Virus record (IMG/VR): IMGVR_UViG_3300021426_000005 | DNA from: a virus | Taxonomy: Duplodnaviria; Caudoviricetes | DNA: 64,000 bases | Direction: 5' to 3' (one strand) | In this document: one piece after another, positions 18,923 through 31,122 of the stretch | How positions within the stretch are numbered: position 1 is the first letter of the stretch | How the letters are laid out: each line of letters begins with the position of its first letter | The notes under the pieces: model-generated | What the model saw: only the letters and a program-made list of their open reading frames with translations | What the model was told of the DNA's origin: nothing | The model's database searches: none | Translations under genes and position numbers: made by a program

Positions 18923-21900
18923 TTCTCCACCTTATTTATAAGATCAATAGCATCCTGCTTATGCTTCCAGACAAAGAATTCTTCATCCTCACAAAGGTTG
19001 TGATTTAGATGTTCACTAAAATGCTTGCAGTTCTTGCAAGCATAATCATGTTGACCACAGCTGTAGATATCATCCAAACCGAATGAATCCACAATATTTA
19101 TCAGTTCGGATAGATATTGCTTTGCAAGTTTAAGATCCTCAAATATTTCTTTAGGAACTTCCGAGACATTGCTTTTCGGCATATCTGCTATAGCTTCTAC
19201 TATATTACTGCAAGTTTCAGCATCAAGAAACGGTTTCATCTTAGAAATTAACCTATATAGATTATCTTTTGATACATAACCATCTATATCTTTCAGCACA
19301 TAATCCCCCCCTATCATTAGAATAATATCATTCCGTCTTTTTGAAATGCACCATTTAGAAGCATCTTATCTAAGCAATGACACATACGGATTTCTTTATC
19401 GGTACATTCACATTTCCCAAGAGTTATTTCAAAGGGGTCTCCTACTTTCGGATATACGAATATACGATATCCTTTTTCAAACAACTTGGTCGTGCAAAGG
19501 GAAACTTGTGTTGTCATAATCACAGGAAAATCAGCATCGATAGCCTCCTTTGTTTTGACATAGCTATGCAAGACAATTTGGCTATCGTCTATATTCATAT
19601 ATAAATGGAAAGATTTATTCATACTACTCAACTCCTTTAGATGAAATGCAGCATTTATCATCTGATGTTCTCCCTATTGGGAATTGGCAACCATCCTTGT
19701 ACATCTGTACTTTGCTTCATGTATGGACAGTCATTGTGCTTGATGACAAATATATCAGCGTGGTTATTTCTAATGAATACCCCTATATAACACACATCAT
19801 TATAAAGCACGATTACATCTGAATGGTTGCATTTCGGCAGTTCTCGCTTTGGGTCAATCCAATAGAGTTCTGATTCAAGCATAGTCATCCATCTTCTTCC
19901 TCCTAAAACACAACTTTTATCATAAAATAGGGCTAGATTTTGCCTATTCTACGTTGTTTATTTTTCGTCGTTTAACAGCTTTTTGGCTTCATCGGAGTAA
20001 CGCCATCGATATGCAACATCACAGCCACCATCACCAGGACAACAGCAGCCATCTATTTGAGACTTCCACTTACAACATTCACAAACTAAACCGCCATTGT
20101 AAACCTTGGCAACAGTAATGCTTAAATCCTCGACCGCCGCTTTCAGAAGTCTCTTTGCTTCATCATACTTCTCAGCTATCCCCATTCCCACCTTTGCAGA
20201 ATTATTTAGAGCTTCTTCTGTTGCAAAGAAGTTATGTTCTGCAACCCACAGCAACTCTATAATCTGCGCCTTTGTTAGAGACATAAGATAACTATCACTA
20301 TATGCTTTATACCCCATTTAATTCATCTCCTATCAGCTTTAAGACCGCATCTGTGTAATGCCACTTAAACTTTTTATCGCAGGATATACTGTATCTTTTG
20401 GCACACACTTTGCAAGTATCAAATCTATGACAAAAATTGTTAGAGTTGACATCCTCAACCGCCGATTTCAGAAGTCCTTTAGCTTTCTCAAGTTCCTTGA
20501 TAGCCGATATTCCTGTACTTAATGCTGTGTAGACCTCTTCCTCAGTAAACGTCAGCTTGGATTCGCATGAGGGACGAAGATTATCAAGGATCATAATTGT
20601 TGTATCTATGGCTTCGGATTCAAGCTGATCGTTGTAAATTTTTGCTTCTTCATCTGTTAGATCACGCATTTTTCAGCCTCCTTGTGTCTTTAGATACATA
20701 ATCATCCATTTTCAGCACTATCTTCCATAAGAAGAGTCCAAACAACATCTTGTATAAAAGCATCAAGATCGATAAAATCTGTTGTGTACCAATCTTCAGA
20801 GGATCTTGTATCATACATAGAAGTAAACACTATTGTATTTTCTCTATCCGGACTATCAGGATCTATACCTGCTTCATACTCCTGCCAGGTGAGATTAAGT
20901 TCTCTGAATTCCTTGATGTTCTTCATCAGTTCATCGATAAACTGATATAAGTCATCACGATTCTCAAACTCATGTGTCTTAAATTCGGGATCACGCTTTA
21001 TAGGTGTGTCAAACACGCTATCTATATGACTATTGACACGTTCCATTATAACATCAACTTTTCTCGGCTGATGCTTAGGAGCTAGTCTGTACAGCCACAT
21101 AGCAATGTGGCCTACCATTGTAGTGTTAGTTATCAGAATCATCTTTTCCTCCTTATAGTATACCGTTTCTGAGATTTCTTAGTGGTTGATTTCCTCTCAA
21201 CCATTTATTTCAAGCTCCATGAGCTTTTCCATGTACCAATCAGCTTTATCCAGATCTTCCTGACCGTTCTTTCTGGTTGCCCGATAACGGTACTTGTAGA
21301 CGTTGCATTTACAAAATGCCTTGACAGCTTCTATGCCGAACAAAGCAAGCATTTCATCGATACACTCATGCTTGCCCTGATAATGATCAGGGTGGTTTAC
21401 GTTGTCTTTCATATCATTCATTTATATCACCTTCCGATTTAATAATATTTTTAATCATAGCCCCACAGTTAGGGCAACATACCCAGTCTGTGACTTCATT
21501 CTTGTGTCTGCCGGTTCTGCAATTGGAACAATATACACCTTGTCCTATGTAAGTTTGAACTTCTCCGGCATCATCCAGCCGCTTATAGTCACACTTGACC
21601 CAATGTGCAGACTTGTTTAGAGTTTCCACTTCTACTTCCCCCCAAATCAGTGATTTGTTTTAGACCAATGCTTCTTATGCTCTTCTGATAATAAAATTTC
21701 ATCCATTACAGGCTTCAATTCTGATAAGTTATAAGATGATCCACATATAATTATAGAATGTTCAGCTTGATAATACCCAAGTGCAATTTTACCATAATTG
21801 ACCATCGGCATAAGTTCAGTCGTGATTCTCTTAACAACAGGGACAGTCATGTGGAATACATAATCGCTATCAGTTGTAAATTCAATCCATCTAGTGTACT

Positions 21901-24213
21901 GTTCATAACCTTCGTAGCTCATATTAAATATTTCAAGAACTTCGACCTGAAAGACCTTTTTAAGTATAGCTACAAGATGTTCATATGCTTCTTTCTCAGG
22001 ATACTTCCTACGCTTATCATACTTATTTGCCTTTATAGAAAGCCATTTCTGTGCATCATTAAAATAATAATCAGCCCAGAAATAATCAACGTTTCTTCTG
22101 ATTGTATAAGCTATATCTTCATCTGCAAGCTGACTTAATCTCTGATGTCTTTCTAACTTCTTATGCTCATAAGCAGATAGTTCTAAAGCATCCGCTATAG
22201 CTTTTGCACCATCTGGTTTTATCCCATTATACATATTATCTTCAGCCATTTACTCCGCCCCCATAGCTCCAAAATCAACACTTCTTGTGTATTCATCATC
22301 ATGATAATAGGCAAATGACTTGACTAAGCAATGGCAAAAACCACGTCCACCACTGAAAGGGCATTCATGACAGCGGAACACCAAATCATTTGATTCTGTA
22401 GTCTGCTTGACGTTCATGCACCAATTCTTAGTGAAATGGTTTAATCCGTCTATAGCAGCGTGGATATCATCTGAGTTTCCGTCTGTATAGTTTCCAGTGA
22501 TTCTTATTCTGTCCTTCTTTGTATCCATAATTACCTCCTTATATGGATTATGTTCGCTTATATTCAAGTCAGTCTGGTGGAGCTGCCGCAAATGTTATAG
22601 CGTGTTCTGAAAAAGTGGTGCGACATCCGGAACAGATACGCCGATTCATGTTTTCAAAATCCATATTCATCTTATTCCACTCTTCATCAGAATATGGTTT
22701 GAAGTTGAGTTTCAAAGTGTCCCTGTCTACAATCACATCAATAATACTGCCATCATAGCATCGAACCTGTAATCTAACCTCATTCGCATTTATTCGTTCT
22801 ACAAATGTACACGTTGCATCAACTTCCTCATGGCTATTTGATTCGTGTACTTCTGCATGAGCTTTGTTAGGTTGAATGTCAGACTGAATGTCAATTTGCA
22901 CATCTGCAAGAAATTCAGGGTTATCCTCAAGAACTATCCGTATCTTATCTAATTCTTCTTTACTACCGGTTATTCTTACCATAATTACCTCCTACCAACC
23001 GCTCAGAAGTATTCCGACTTTTCATTCACAGTCCAGCCACTGTGACGAAATTCTTCTATAAATGAAGCTGCCGCTCTTGGAATTCTGACAGCCGTATTAT
23101 TATGATATGCACCATGAGTATTCGCAAAAGCGATTATAGTATCTACAGCTTCTTTGTCTGTAGTGAATGCCGGGATTTCGACTTCTGCAATATTTCTACC
23201 GAATTCGTCATACAATCTAACGAAAAATCCATTTAGAATTGAATACTCCATGACATATAAATAGAAATGTGAATCTGCCATAACTACACTTCCTCAGAAT
23301 CATTCAGAGATTTTCTCAGTATACTACCATCTGTACGATGTAGTTCCATTTCACGTTCTAAGTATGTAGTTAATTCAGTCCTTAGAAAATATACTGTCGA
23401 ATCCAAAACCACATCATATCCAACTATGCAGTTAATCTTCTTCGCCAAAAGATCGACTATTTCATGAGTTTCAGTAAATGACAATGACGGAAATTCAAGT
23501 TTAACTGTGATTGGTTCAGTCAATGACTGTTCACAATATCCTACAAGCACTTGAAATAGCTGTTGTCTGATAACTGTAGGAGCTTCAACTTCCCAAGCCT
23601 TCTGTTTATTGTAGAGTTGTAGTAATTCTACTGAATTTGAATCGAATGTACCTTTATATGCGGACATTTCAACTAATTCAGGTATCCGATGATACATAAT
23701 ATTATCAACTTCATTGTTGCATCTAACTATGAAATCATGACAAGCATCTTGCAGCTGTTCTTTTGTACAAGTCCACTTCTTAGATGGATGTTCATTCAAC
23801 TTACAATACTCAATACTCATTCTGACAACTCCTTATAACGAGAGATCAAAGCGATACTGCGGATCTGCCGTAACCATTTCTTGATAAAATCTATTGAAAA
23901 TTTGCAATATCTGCGCATCGTTTAGACCGGTACACACTGTATCAAAACCATTCCTGGTGATGCTGAACGGACATGACTTACATTCATGATGATCACAAAA
24001 AGCTCGATAGCAATGGTCACTAAGCCAGTATATGAAATCCGTACTTACAGTATTTTCATCATCGACCGAAGAAAACAGCTTCGACCCACACTGATGACAA
24101 AAATTCATTCCATACTGCAAGCTATCGCCATTTTGATAAAATGGTACATCTAGTGTAACCCCACACTTTGGACATTTTACTTTAGCAGTGCCTATTCCTA
24201 CCATCAATCTCAC
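18919..24213 (-). other. run of about 15 small tightly packed hypothetical phage genes (several Cys-rich)
   Basis: Minus-strand ORFs with overlapping stop/start and GGAGG/GGGGG RBSs; 19658..19888 is DUF551-like (WIDPKRELP...WLPIP). Confidence 0.6.
21197..21421 (-). CDS. DUF3310 (SaV-like) protein
   Basis: DNVNHPDHY...ECID...FCKCNVYKYRYRA..KNG.EDL.KA.WY. Confidence 0.85.
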   Translation of the reverse strand: MNDMKDNVNHPDHYQGKHECIDEMLALFGIEAVKAFCKCNVYKYRYRATRKNGQEDLDKADWYMEKLMELEING

Positions 24214-24315
24214 CCCTATTCATCTAAATGGTCATTCTTAGTCGAAACCAAAGCAAGTATTGCAATACCGAAAACGGTACCGCCTACAAATGAAGCAAAA
24301 CAAGCTAGGATCATA

Positions 24316-24435
24316 TTAAACACCACCCTTTGAATTCCTTAATATAATGGCTGTAAGCCGGTTATAGTGTTCTTCCTTGATTTGACCTGTTGTCAGTAAA
24401 TACTTAGCCCAGGCTTCAAAAATTTGCTGTTTCAC
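24316..24435 (-). CDS. 39-aa SHOCT-like protein next to recombinase
   Basis: Manual translation VKQQIFEAWAKYLLTTGQIKEEHYNRL..., GGGAG RBS. Confidence 0.45.
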   Translation of the reverse strand: MKQQIFEAWAKYLLTTGQIKEEHYNRLTAIILRNSKGGV

Positions 24436-24559
24436 AAAATCACTCCCTATGAAAGTCTTGACTAGGATAGCCTATTCTATACTATCTATAACGATTTGTG
24501 ATTTTCCCTATTGACAAACTAATCACGGTATTGTATAATTGATATAGGGTGGTGATAAA

Positions 24560-26311
24560 ATGGATATTTATAATATCGCTAATGAACTGAAACTTTCTCA
24601 TAAGACCATTCATGATATTCCGCTTAGAGTAACATTCTATGCTAGGGTTTCTACTACAAGAGAAGAACAAGAAGGCTCTATAGAGCATCAGATCAGCTTC
24701 TTTACTGAAATGATCCAGAATAATCATAATTGGACGTTTATTCCGGGTTATGTGGATAGGATCAGAGGGGAATCCGCATCTAACCGTGAAAACTTCATGC
24801 GTATGATTGAAGATGGGAAGAATGATAAATTCGATTTAATCCTGACGAAAGAGGTTTCCAGATTTGCAAGAAACACAATTGACAGCTTAACTTATACTAG
24901 AGAGCTATTACGCTGCGGTGTAGGTGTATTCTTCCAGAATGACGGAATTTGCACCATTGATACTGATAGTGAACTGAGACTAACTATCATGTCAAGTATA
25001 GCAGCTGATGAAGTCAGAAAGCTCTCAGAGCGTGTACATTGGGGACAGAAACGTTCAATTGAGAACGGTAGGGTCATGGGTAACAACCGTATGTATGGCT
25101 ATCACAAGTCCGACTGCAAATTAGTCATAGATGAAGCTGAAGCTGAAATGGTCAGACTGATATACCAACTATATGCTACCGGAGATTATAGCACCCGGAA
25201 AATAGAAAAAATCCTCTACGAAAGAGGATTTAGAAGCCGGAGCGGTACTAAAATTTTTCATGGGGTAATATCTGGAATAATTCAGAATCCTAAATACAAA
25301 GGATATTACTGTGGAAATAAGGTCCGAATAGTAGACTACAGAACAAAACAGCAGAAGTTTCTTCCGGAAGAGGACTGGATCATATACAAAGACGAAACCG
25401 GTGAAGTTGTTCCAGCTATAGTTTCAGAAGAACTCTGGGATAAGGCGAATGCAGTCTTCCAGGAAAGAAGTCAGGCTATTAAGGTAAGAGGGAGATCTTT
25501 CAAAGATAAAAGTCCATTGACCGGAAAGATCTGGTGCGGAGCTGACGGAAGTGCCTATTGGAGAACGAGCTATTCCAACAGCATCAAGATGGGAAGCCCA
25601 ATTTACCAATGGGTATGTAGTTCAAAGAAAAAGGACGGTGCAGCTTCTTGTAAATCATTTGCTTTAATGGAATGGGAAGTATACTACATCTTATCAAATA
25701 CATTCAAATCACTAGTAGATGATATAGATACTTATGTATCAGAATTTCTTGAACTCCTAAAAGCTACAGATCCTACCAAAGATGTACAGAAAGATATACT
25801 AGCACTAACAGCAAAAATTGATCAATGTAAAACAAAGAAAGATAAACTATTAGAAATATATATGGACGATGCTATATCTAAAGCTGAGTTCAAAGCTAAA
25901 AATGATGATTTCAATAGAAAGATTGAAGAATATGAAGGCGAAATCAATGACCTCAAGGAATTGAAATCCGACACAGCTATGACAAGCCGTAAGCTCCATG
26001 AGATTGAAAAGTCTATCAAGGGCATATATCAATCAGATGATGAAGTAATTCCGAAAGCTCAGTTGGACGACCTGATAAAGACTGTACTGGATAAAATAGA
26101 AGTTTATCCTGATACTGAGGATTCAATGATTCTTAAAATCTTCCTAAAAACTGGGTCAGAAACATCAGTAACTCATTCAAAAGACTTGCGTTGTTCTGGA
26201 CACATCAAACATATGATTAAGCCACAACAACAATACATATTCAAAAGAAATTCTATAAAAAGACAGCATCATGAATTCCAAATCAGATATGATGCTGAAA
26301 TATACATATAA
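24560..26311 (+). CDS. large serine recombinase (integrase)
   Basis: YARVST catalytic motif, DLILTKEVSRFARN, recombinase domain, Zn ribbon (C..D...C...C), coiled coil. Confidence 0.92.
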   Translation: MDIYNIANELKLSHKTIHDIPLRVTFYARVSTTREEQEGSIEHQISFFTEMIQNNHNWTFIPGYVDRIRGESASNRENFMRMIEDGKNDKFDLILTKEVSRFARNTIDSLTYTRELLRCGVGVFFQNDGICTIDTDSELRLTIMSSIAADEVRKLSERVHWGQKRSIENGRVMGNNRMYGYHKSDCKLVIDEAEAEMVRLIYQLYATGDYSTRKIEKILYERGFRSRSGTKIFHGVISGIIQNPKYKGYYCGNKVRIVDYRTKQQKFLPEEDWIIYKDETGEVVPAIVSEELWDKANAVFQERSQAIKVRGRSFKDKSPLTGKIWCGADGSAYWRTSYSNSIKMGSPIYQWVCSSKKKDGAASCKSFALMEWEVYYILSNTFKSLVDDIDTYVSEFLELLKATDPTKDVQKDILALTAKIDQCKTKKDKLLEIYMDDAISKAEFKAKNDDFNRKIEEYEGEINDLKELKSDTAMTSRKLHEIEKSIKGIYQSDDEVIPKAQLDDLIKTVLDKIEVYPDTEDSMILKIFLKTGSETSVTHSKDLRCSGHIKHMIKPQQQYIFKRNSIKRQHHEFQIRYDAEIYI

Positions 26312-26346
26312 AATAAGGCTGGGATCAGTAAGTCCCAGCCTTTAGT

Positions 26347-28092
26347 TTATTCGATTGGATCAAGAGCATCAGCAATTCCACTCATGATATAAGCTACACA
26401 TGGTACCGCTACCGAATTTCCTAATGCTTTATATCTTGAAGCATCGGATTCAGGATAGGTCCAATTGTCAGGAAAACCCTGGAGCCTTTCGCATTCCACA
26501 GGCGTCAACCTCCGGACAATCGAATTTGATTTATATACTATCTTGGGGTCTTTATAATCCCTTGCAAGTAAGGTAGGTACAACTTCTTCATCACAACCCA
26601 TGAAATGCCCTGTAGTTGCGCAGAGTGCCGGCTGCTCCATTACCAACGGAACATTACCTCCACCAGTACCCATTCTCGCAGATAACGTCTGACATATTCC
26701 GTCATCGGAAATCTTTACCCTACTGTCTGCTGGATGATTTTCAATTAATACACCCATTCTCTGATTAGCCACTAAAGTAGGTGATAATTCTTCATTGTAT
26801 GGTAAACATGGCACTCCTGGACCGGCTTGATAAGCAAAAGCTGCTGAGGATTTTTCAGTTTGATCTTTTACGGAATAAGCAACCGCAGGTCTATCTATAG
26901 TAGTCAATGTATAAGATACATCTTCTTTCCAACCTTTACCATTGCAACTAGCGGTATCAGCTCTGTCAACGCAATTTCCTTGTATACAGTACACCGGTTC
27001 CTGAACTACCACATTTCCGCCTTGATTGCAAGTAGGATCTGTTCCTGTGGTATCAAGGGTCTTAGCTACATCTGCTTTGTAGAAGCCACTATTAGGATTA
27101 CCGGACTTCATAGAGTTCGATCCCATAGAACATATACCATAGACTTCCGATGCTTCTGATTGACTATCTACCAGCACAGACATCTGATTATCGCCCATCT
27201 GTGCTCTTAATGTACCGGAAAGCTCAGGCCATAGCCTTGAACCCTTTAGTCTTGAGGAAGCTCCTGGTTCAAATCCGTAGGTTGTTGTTTCTGCGACATC
27301 AGATGTGCTTGCCTTTCCAATGCTACTTTCAGCCTTTCCGGAAGCTCTTTTCCACGGGATTTCGCCCTGCGGAGTATGCCTTCGCAGGCTTTCTGGCTTA
27401 AATAATACCTCTCTTGCACGTTGTCCTCCAAGATCTGTGACAAGGAAGATTCTACGTCTGCGCTGGGGGACTCCCCAATATTCAGCATCGAGAGTCCTCC
27501 AAGCAAGGGATCCGGACTTTCCCAACAACTCCCCCGCTTTTGTCCACTGCTTAGGTCTAAACGTAGGAAGTTCTTCTCCAAATAGTCCAGCGAATTCTCG
27601 CAGGACGCAGTAGAAGTCGTCTCCATTGTTTGAGCTAAGACTCCCGAATACATTTTCCCAGATAATAAATTTCGGATACTCGCCATTAGTTGCTTCCCTC
27701 ATTTCTTTAATAATTCTGATCTGTTCTACAAATAGACCGCTTCGTGTTAGTTCCAATTCTGCTCCACACTCAGGGCAGGTAAAAACGTCAGAATTTGCAA
27801 GAATTGAAAATCCGCAGTCTTGGCAAATTCGTGAAATTCCGGCCTGCTTTCCGGCGATAGACAATGACTGACAGGGCGACCCTCCAGAAATTATATCAAC
27901 CGGATCAATTTTACCACCATCGATCTTCGTAATATCCCCAATATGCTTCATATTCGGGAAATGCCGTTTTGTGATGCGTATCGGAGCTTCTTCAATCTCA
28001 GAAGCCCATACTGGTTCAATACCGTACATCTGAGCTGCAAGTTCAAATCCACCGATACCAGAAAACAAACTTCCTAATGTCAGCTTAGGCAT
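26347..28092 (-). CDS. DNA (cytosine-5) methyltransferase with long variable region
   Basis: FSGIGG, GGSPCQ, ENV, QRRRR, RRLTPVECERLQGFP, GNSV motifs; repeated TL.A/TL.T TRD-like segments. Confidence 0.93.
   Translation of the reverse strand: MPKLTLGSLFSGIGGFELAAQMYGIEPVWASEIEEAPIRITKRHFPNMKHIGDITKIDGGKIDPVDIISGGSPCQSLSIAGKQAGISRICQDCGFSILANSDVFTCPECGAELELTRSGLFVEQIRIIKEMREATNGEYPKFIIWENVFGSLSSNNGDDFYCVLREFAGLFGEELPTFRPKQWTKAGELLGKSGSLAWRTLDAEYWGVPQRRRRIFLVTDLGGQRAREVLFKPESLRRHTPQGEIPWKRASGKAESSIGKASTSDVAETTTYGFEPGASSRLKGSRLWPELSGTLRAQMGDNQMSVLVDSQSEASEVYGICSMGSNSMKSGNPNSGFYKADVAKTLDTTGTDPTCNQGGNVVVQEPVYCIQGNCVDRADTASCNGKGWKEDVSYTLTTIDRPAVAYSVKDQTEKSSAAFAYQAGPGVPCLPYNEELSPTLVANQRMGVLIENHPADSRVKISDDGICQTLSARMGTGGGNVPLVMEQPALCATTGHFMGCDEEVVPTLLARDYKDPKIVYKSNSIVRRLTPVECERLQGFPDNWTYPESDASRYKALGNSVAVPCVAYIMSGIADALDPIE
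27246..27686 (-). CDS. overlapping alternative-frame polypeptide, M.EcoHK31I beta-subunit-like
   Basis: Nested in the C5-MTase gene, same strand; ESPSADVESSLSQILEDNVQERYYLSQKACEGILRRA..RGKELP. Confidence 0.65.
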   Translation of the reverse strand: MASIRNLLSGKMYSGVLAQTMETTSTASCENSLDYLEKNFLRLDLSSGQKRGSCWESPDPLLGGLSMLNIGESPSADVESSLSQILEDNVQERYYLSQKACEGILRRAKSRGKELPERLKVALERQAHLMSQKQQPTDLNQELPQD

Positions 28093-28216
28093 TATGTATT
28101 ATCCTCCATTATAAATAGTATATATAGATATATAAGGTCTGTTGTCTTTATACACTATCTATAACGATTGCAAAGAATAAAACTCACAAGGTTCAATTGG
28201 CCTTATGGGTTAAGTA

Positions 28217-28597
28217 TCAGTCAGGTTTCCAGCCATCATCCAGATAGCATTTATAATGTTGGCTGTTATCATATCGAACGGTTGGGACTTCCCTAAGCCC
28301 AAATTCAACCTTTATATCCGAGATCAAGTCATCCGGAACATTGGGATTCATGTATACTATAGGTTTCCCTTTGTTTGAAAAGTCTACACGACCTCTGGGG
28401 TAGTAATTATACGGCTTATTGCACCCCTTTGGTTTTACGTCCTGCCAGAGCTTCTTGTGATTATAGGTATTGCCAGATTTTGCTACACCTTGAGTATCAT
28501 AATCAATAAACGGAAATGCTAATAATTCATCATCTATGACCCAGAACACACCCCTAGTTGGTTCTTTCGCCATTGATTTTATATATAGCTTCATCAT
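28217..28597 (-). CDS. hypothetical protein with MKLYIKS leader
   Basis: ORF track; GVFW...H...W...Y.YYPRGRV. Confidence 0.65.
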   Translation of the reverse strand: MMKLYIKSMAKEPTRGVFWVIDDELLAFPFIDYDTQGVAKSGNTYNHKKLWQDVKPKGCNKPYNYYPRGRVDFSNKGKPIVYMNPNVPDDLISDIKVEFGLREVPTVRYDNSQHYKCYLDDGWKPD

Positions 28598-29217
28598 TCA
28601 TCAATCCTTTCCACATAGTCAAAGAATGCAGACAGCCATTCCGGTGGAGTTGATGTTGTCTGATCCATAGTATTAGAAATACGATTATACACAGCTACAA
28701 GTTGATACCCGTTGCTGCTATCATAGAATTTTGCCGTATCACAGTAGTCTAAAATTTTACTTAATTGTTCAAATCTATGATTATATCTACGGATAATCGT
28801 TTCACTTGGTATGTCGTGACCGCCATGCTTCACTCGGTTGGCTACCCTATCGATGCTATCCTGTGCGGAATTCAGACCGATATATATTAGGTTTATCGTA
28901 TACCCATGTTCCTTAGCTTTCTTAGCAGTAGCTATAATGTGCTTACCAGAAAGCGTAGTTTCTTCTGTAAATGCAAATCCATTTTCTATGCAATATTCAA
29001 TATCCTTTAATGCTTCTTTACCACCTTTGATATTGCCACCATACTTTATCGCATAGTCATCAGGATCTATAATTACACCGTATGATTCACTAGTTGTGCG
29101 CAAGATACCCATTGCTGAACTCTTTCCAACACCGTTTACGCCAGCAAGTATGGTGAATACCTTTTTCTTGACCTTAGTATCAACCACACTTATTATTCTT
29201 CTGATATACCGCTTCAT
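28594..29217 (-). CDS. zeta-toxin-family / COG4185 P-loop kinase with MKRYIRR leader
   Basis: LAGVNGVGKS, IDPD, EETTLSG, RVANRVKHGGHDIP..IIRRY. Confidence 0.8.
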   Translation of the reverse strand: MKRYIRRIISVVDTKVKKKVFTILAGVNGVGKSSAMGILRTTSESYGVIIDPDDYAIKYGGNIKGGKEALKDIEYCIENGFAFTEETTLSGKHIIATAKKAKEHGYTINLIYIGLNSAQDSIDRVANRVKHGGHDIPSETIIRRYNHRFEQLSKILDYCDTAKFYDSSNGYQLVAVYNRISNTMDQTTSTPPEWLSAFFDYVERIDE

Positions 29218-29385
29218 AACATCAGCCCCTTTATTGCATTATATCGGTTTTATTCAATATGTCAAGCACTTATTTCATATACTACGGCTGCATCCTGAAT
29301 ACAGTAATTCATTACTTGTAAAGCTGAAATATACCAGCCTAAAAGGAATCTGTATTTACTGAGCTTCATCAGGCTTTTCCTCCTA

Positions 29386-29850
29386 TTAGCTAACAATATC
29401 ATATGTGGCTACTTTATCCGAAGCATTGTAGTGCATTTCGCAGTACAAATCTTTTGCGTTTAGTAGCTTATCAATGAAGCGCTTAACGGATTGTGCCTGA
29501 GATTTCGTGATTTCCTTAAGTGTGGGACAGTAAGGGGATGCAACTTCGGAAACCCTATTCCCTTCTGCATCAAAACCAAAATCCGACAAAATAGATCTTG
29601 CAGCTTCTATTTTGTCAAATGTATTCGTATCGGCAGAAGGTTCATCATAAAGTCTTGTGTACTTATCATAGGACATTACAACTACACGGTCATCCGCAAA
29701 CACACGGAATGAGTTTATAAGCTCTTTTACTTCTGCTTCTGTTATTTTAGTCTTGTTGTAAATTACCGCCATACAGTGATCCACACCATTGTCGGTAACA
29801 GTGAACTCTATCATTTGCAAGTTCTTCGCTGTAATCCGTCTATTTTCCAT
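29386..29850 (-). CDS. hypothetical protein
   Basis: ORF track, GAGGAGG RBS. Confidence 0.6.
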   Translation of the reverse strand: MENRRITAKNLQMIEFTVTDNGVDHCMAVIYNKTKITEAEVKELINSFRVFADDRVVVMSYDKYTRLYDEPSADTNTFDKIEAARSILSDFGFDAEGNRVSEVASPYCPTLKEITKSQAQSVKRFIDKLLNAKDLYCEMHYNASDKVATYDIVS

Positions 29851-29862
29851 TGATATACCTCC

Positions 29863-30924
29863 TCAATTTTCTATTATATTTACAACCGCAGGTGCATCTT
29901 CATCAGATTTAGTATTGATGAACATAGGTGCTACCCACTTAACTACTAACTTACGCTCAGGTGTATCACGCTTACCAGTCCAATAGTGGTGGAAGTGTGC
30001 TCTCCTGGTGTGCGGTCTCTTCCTTGAATGCTTAGTAATTGTTCGGGATCCGCCGGAATGTTCGGTGTTGCTGTTCTGACGAATGATTTGGCCAACTCTA
30101 TACCCTACGTCCCATTTTTGAATAGAACTGAGCTTATCCTTACGAACATTAGCTTTCTTGTATATTTTCTTCTGCTCTGGGTTTTCTACCACATCACTAT
30201 TGATAGCGCAGAGATAAAGAAGTATCTGCACAGCAGTATTCAGGTGCATACCTACATGAGTATCGACTTCTGCAATATAGGCTTCGGCTTCATCAGGTTT
30301 AAGCCTATCCTTTTGAGAGAATACTGCTTCACGGAATAGTTTTGTGTAACCTTCTCTGGATTCTTTTATAGTCAAACCTGGTGTCATCGAAATAGGAAAT
30401 CCAAGCACGTTTCCATTTTTCATCACAAACATGATATGAAGTGAATTGAGGAATTCAGTGCTTACGGTAGAAACGTTTTCACCCTTATCAAAGATTTGAA
30501 CGTTTCTGGAACAGAAGAATCCTTCGCAGCCTGATGAATAATCATGGATATCTACATAGAATGAATCATAAGGGAGATTTCTAAGGGATTCGATTTCAAC
30601 GTCATCACACTCAGACAAAGTGAGTTCTTCTATCAGTGTAGGATCAAATGTGTAGATCTGAGAATATCTTCTCCATGCCGCTAAGTGAAACAAATCCTCT
30701 ACGTTTATCCCCTTGGTGTGAAGATTGAGCTTGCTACTAAGTTCAACATAAGCAGTCAGCGGAAGATAACAGCAACTATCCCAAGTCATACCAGATTGCA
30801 TCATGACATCACGGAACATATCTACCATTTCAAATACATCACCGTATCCGGTATCTATCTTGCGAATTTCCTTGATACGCTGTAGCGGTAAAGGCTCTGC
30901 TATAGTTCTTTTCCTTTTAGCCAT
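29863..30924 (-). CDS. AcrVA2/FinQ-family-like protein
   Basis: LAAWRRYSQIYTFD, LPYDSFYV, LLYLC, W.VG.R.G and RPHTRRAHFHHYWTG...WVAP motifs. Confidence 0.65.
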   Translation of the reverse strand: MAKRKRTIAEPLPLQRIKEIRKIDTGYGDVFEMVDMFRDVMMQSGMTWDSCCYLPLTAYVELSSKLNLHTKGINVEDLFHLAAWRRYSQIYTFDPTLIEELTLSECDDVEIESLRNLPYDSFYVDIHDYSSGCEGFFCSRNVQIFDKGENVSTVSTEFLNSLHIMFVMKNGNVLGFPISMTPGLTIKESREGYTKLFREAVFSQKDRLKPDEAEAYIAEVDTHVGMHLNTAVQILLYLCAINSDVVENPEQKKIYKKANVRKDKLSSIQKWDVGYRVGQIIRQNSNTEHSGGSRTITKHSRKRPHTRRAHFHHYWTGKRDTPERKLVVKWVAPMFINTKSDEDAPAVVNIIEN

Positions 30925-31122
30925 AATATCATCTCCTATATATGACAACGATTTGTGGTTTTCACTATCCTAATTATATCATACCGTACATATATTTTCA
31001 ATTAGTAAGTTGCACAAAGTTACAATATCGTAATTGTGTATATAGTACATATTGACAATTACGGCATTATATGTTAAAATAAGATAGCATCGTTATATGT
31101 TTATGAAAGGGGCTGATAACTT

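Noticed and set aside
7900-19661. C-termini IILF (7900..8301) and MILF (19317..19661) as members of the KLF tag family
   Set aside because: They lack the polar/basic residues and flexible tail before LF; probably coincidental.
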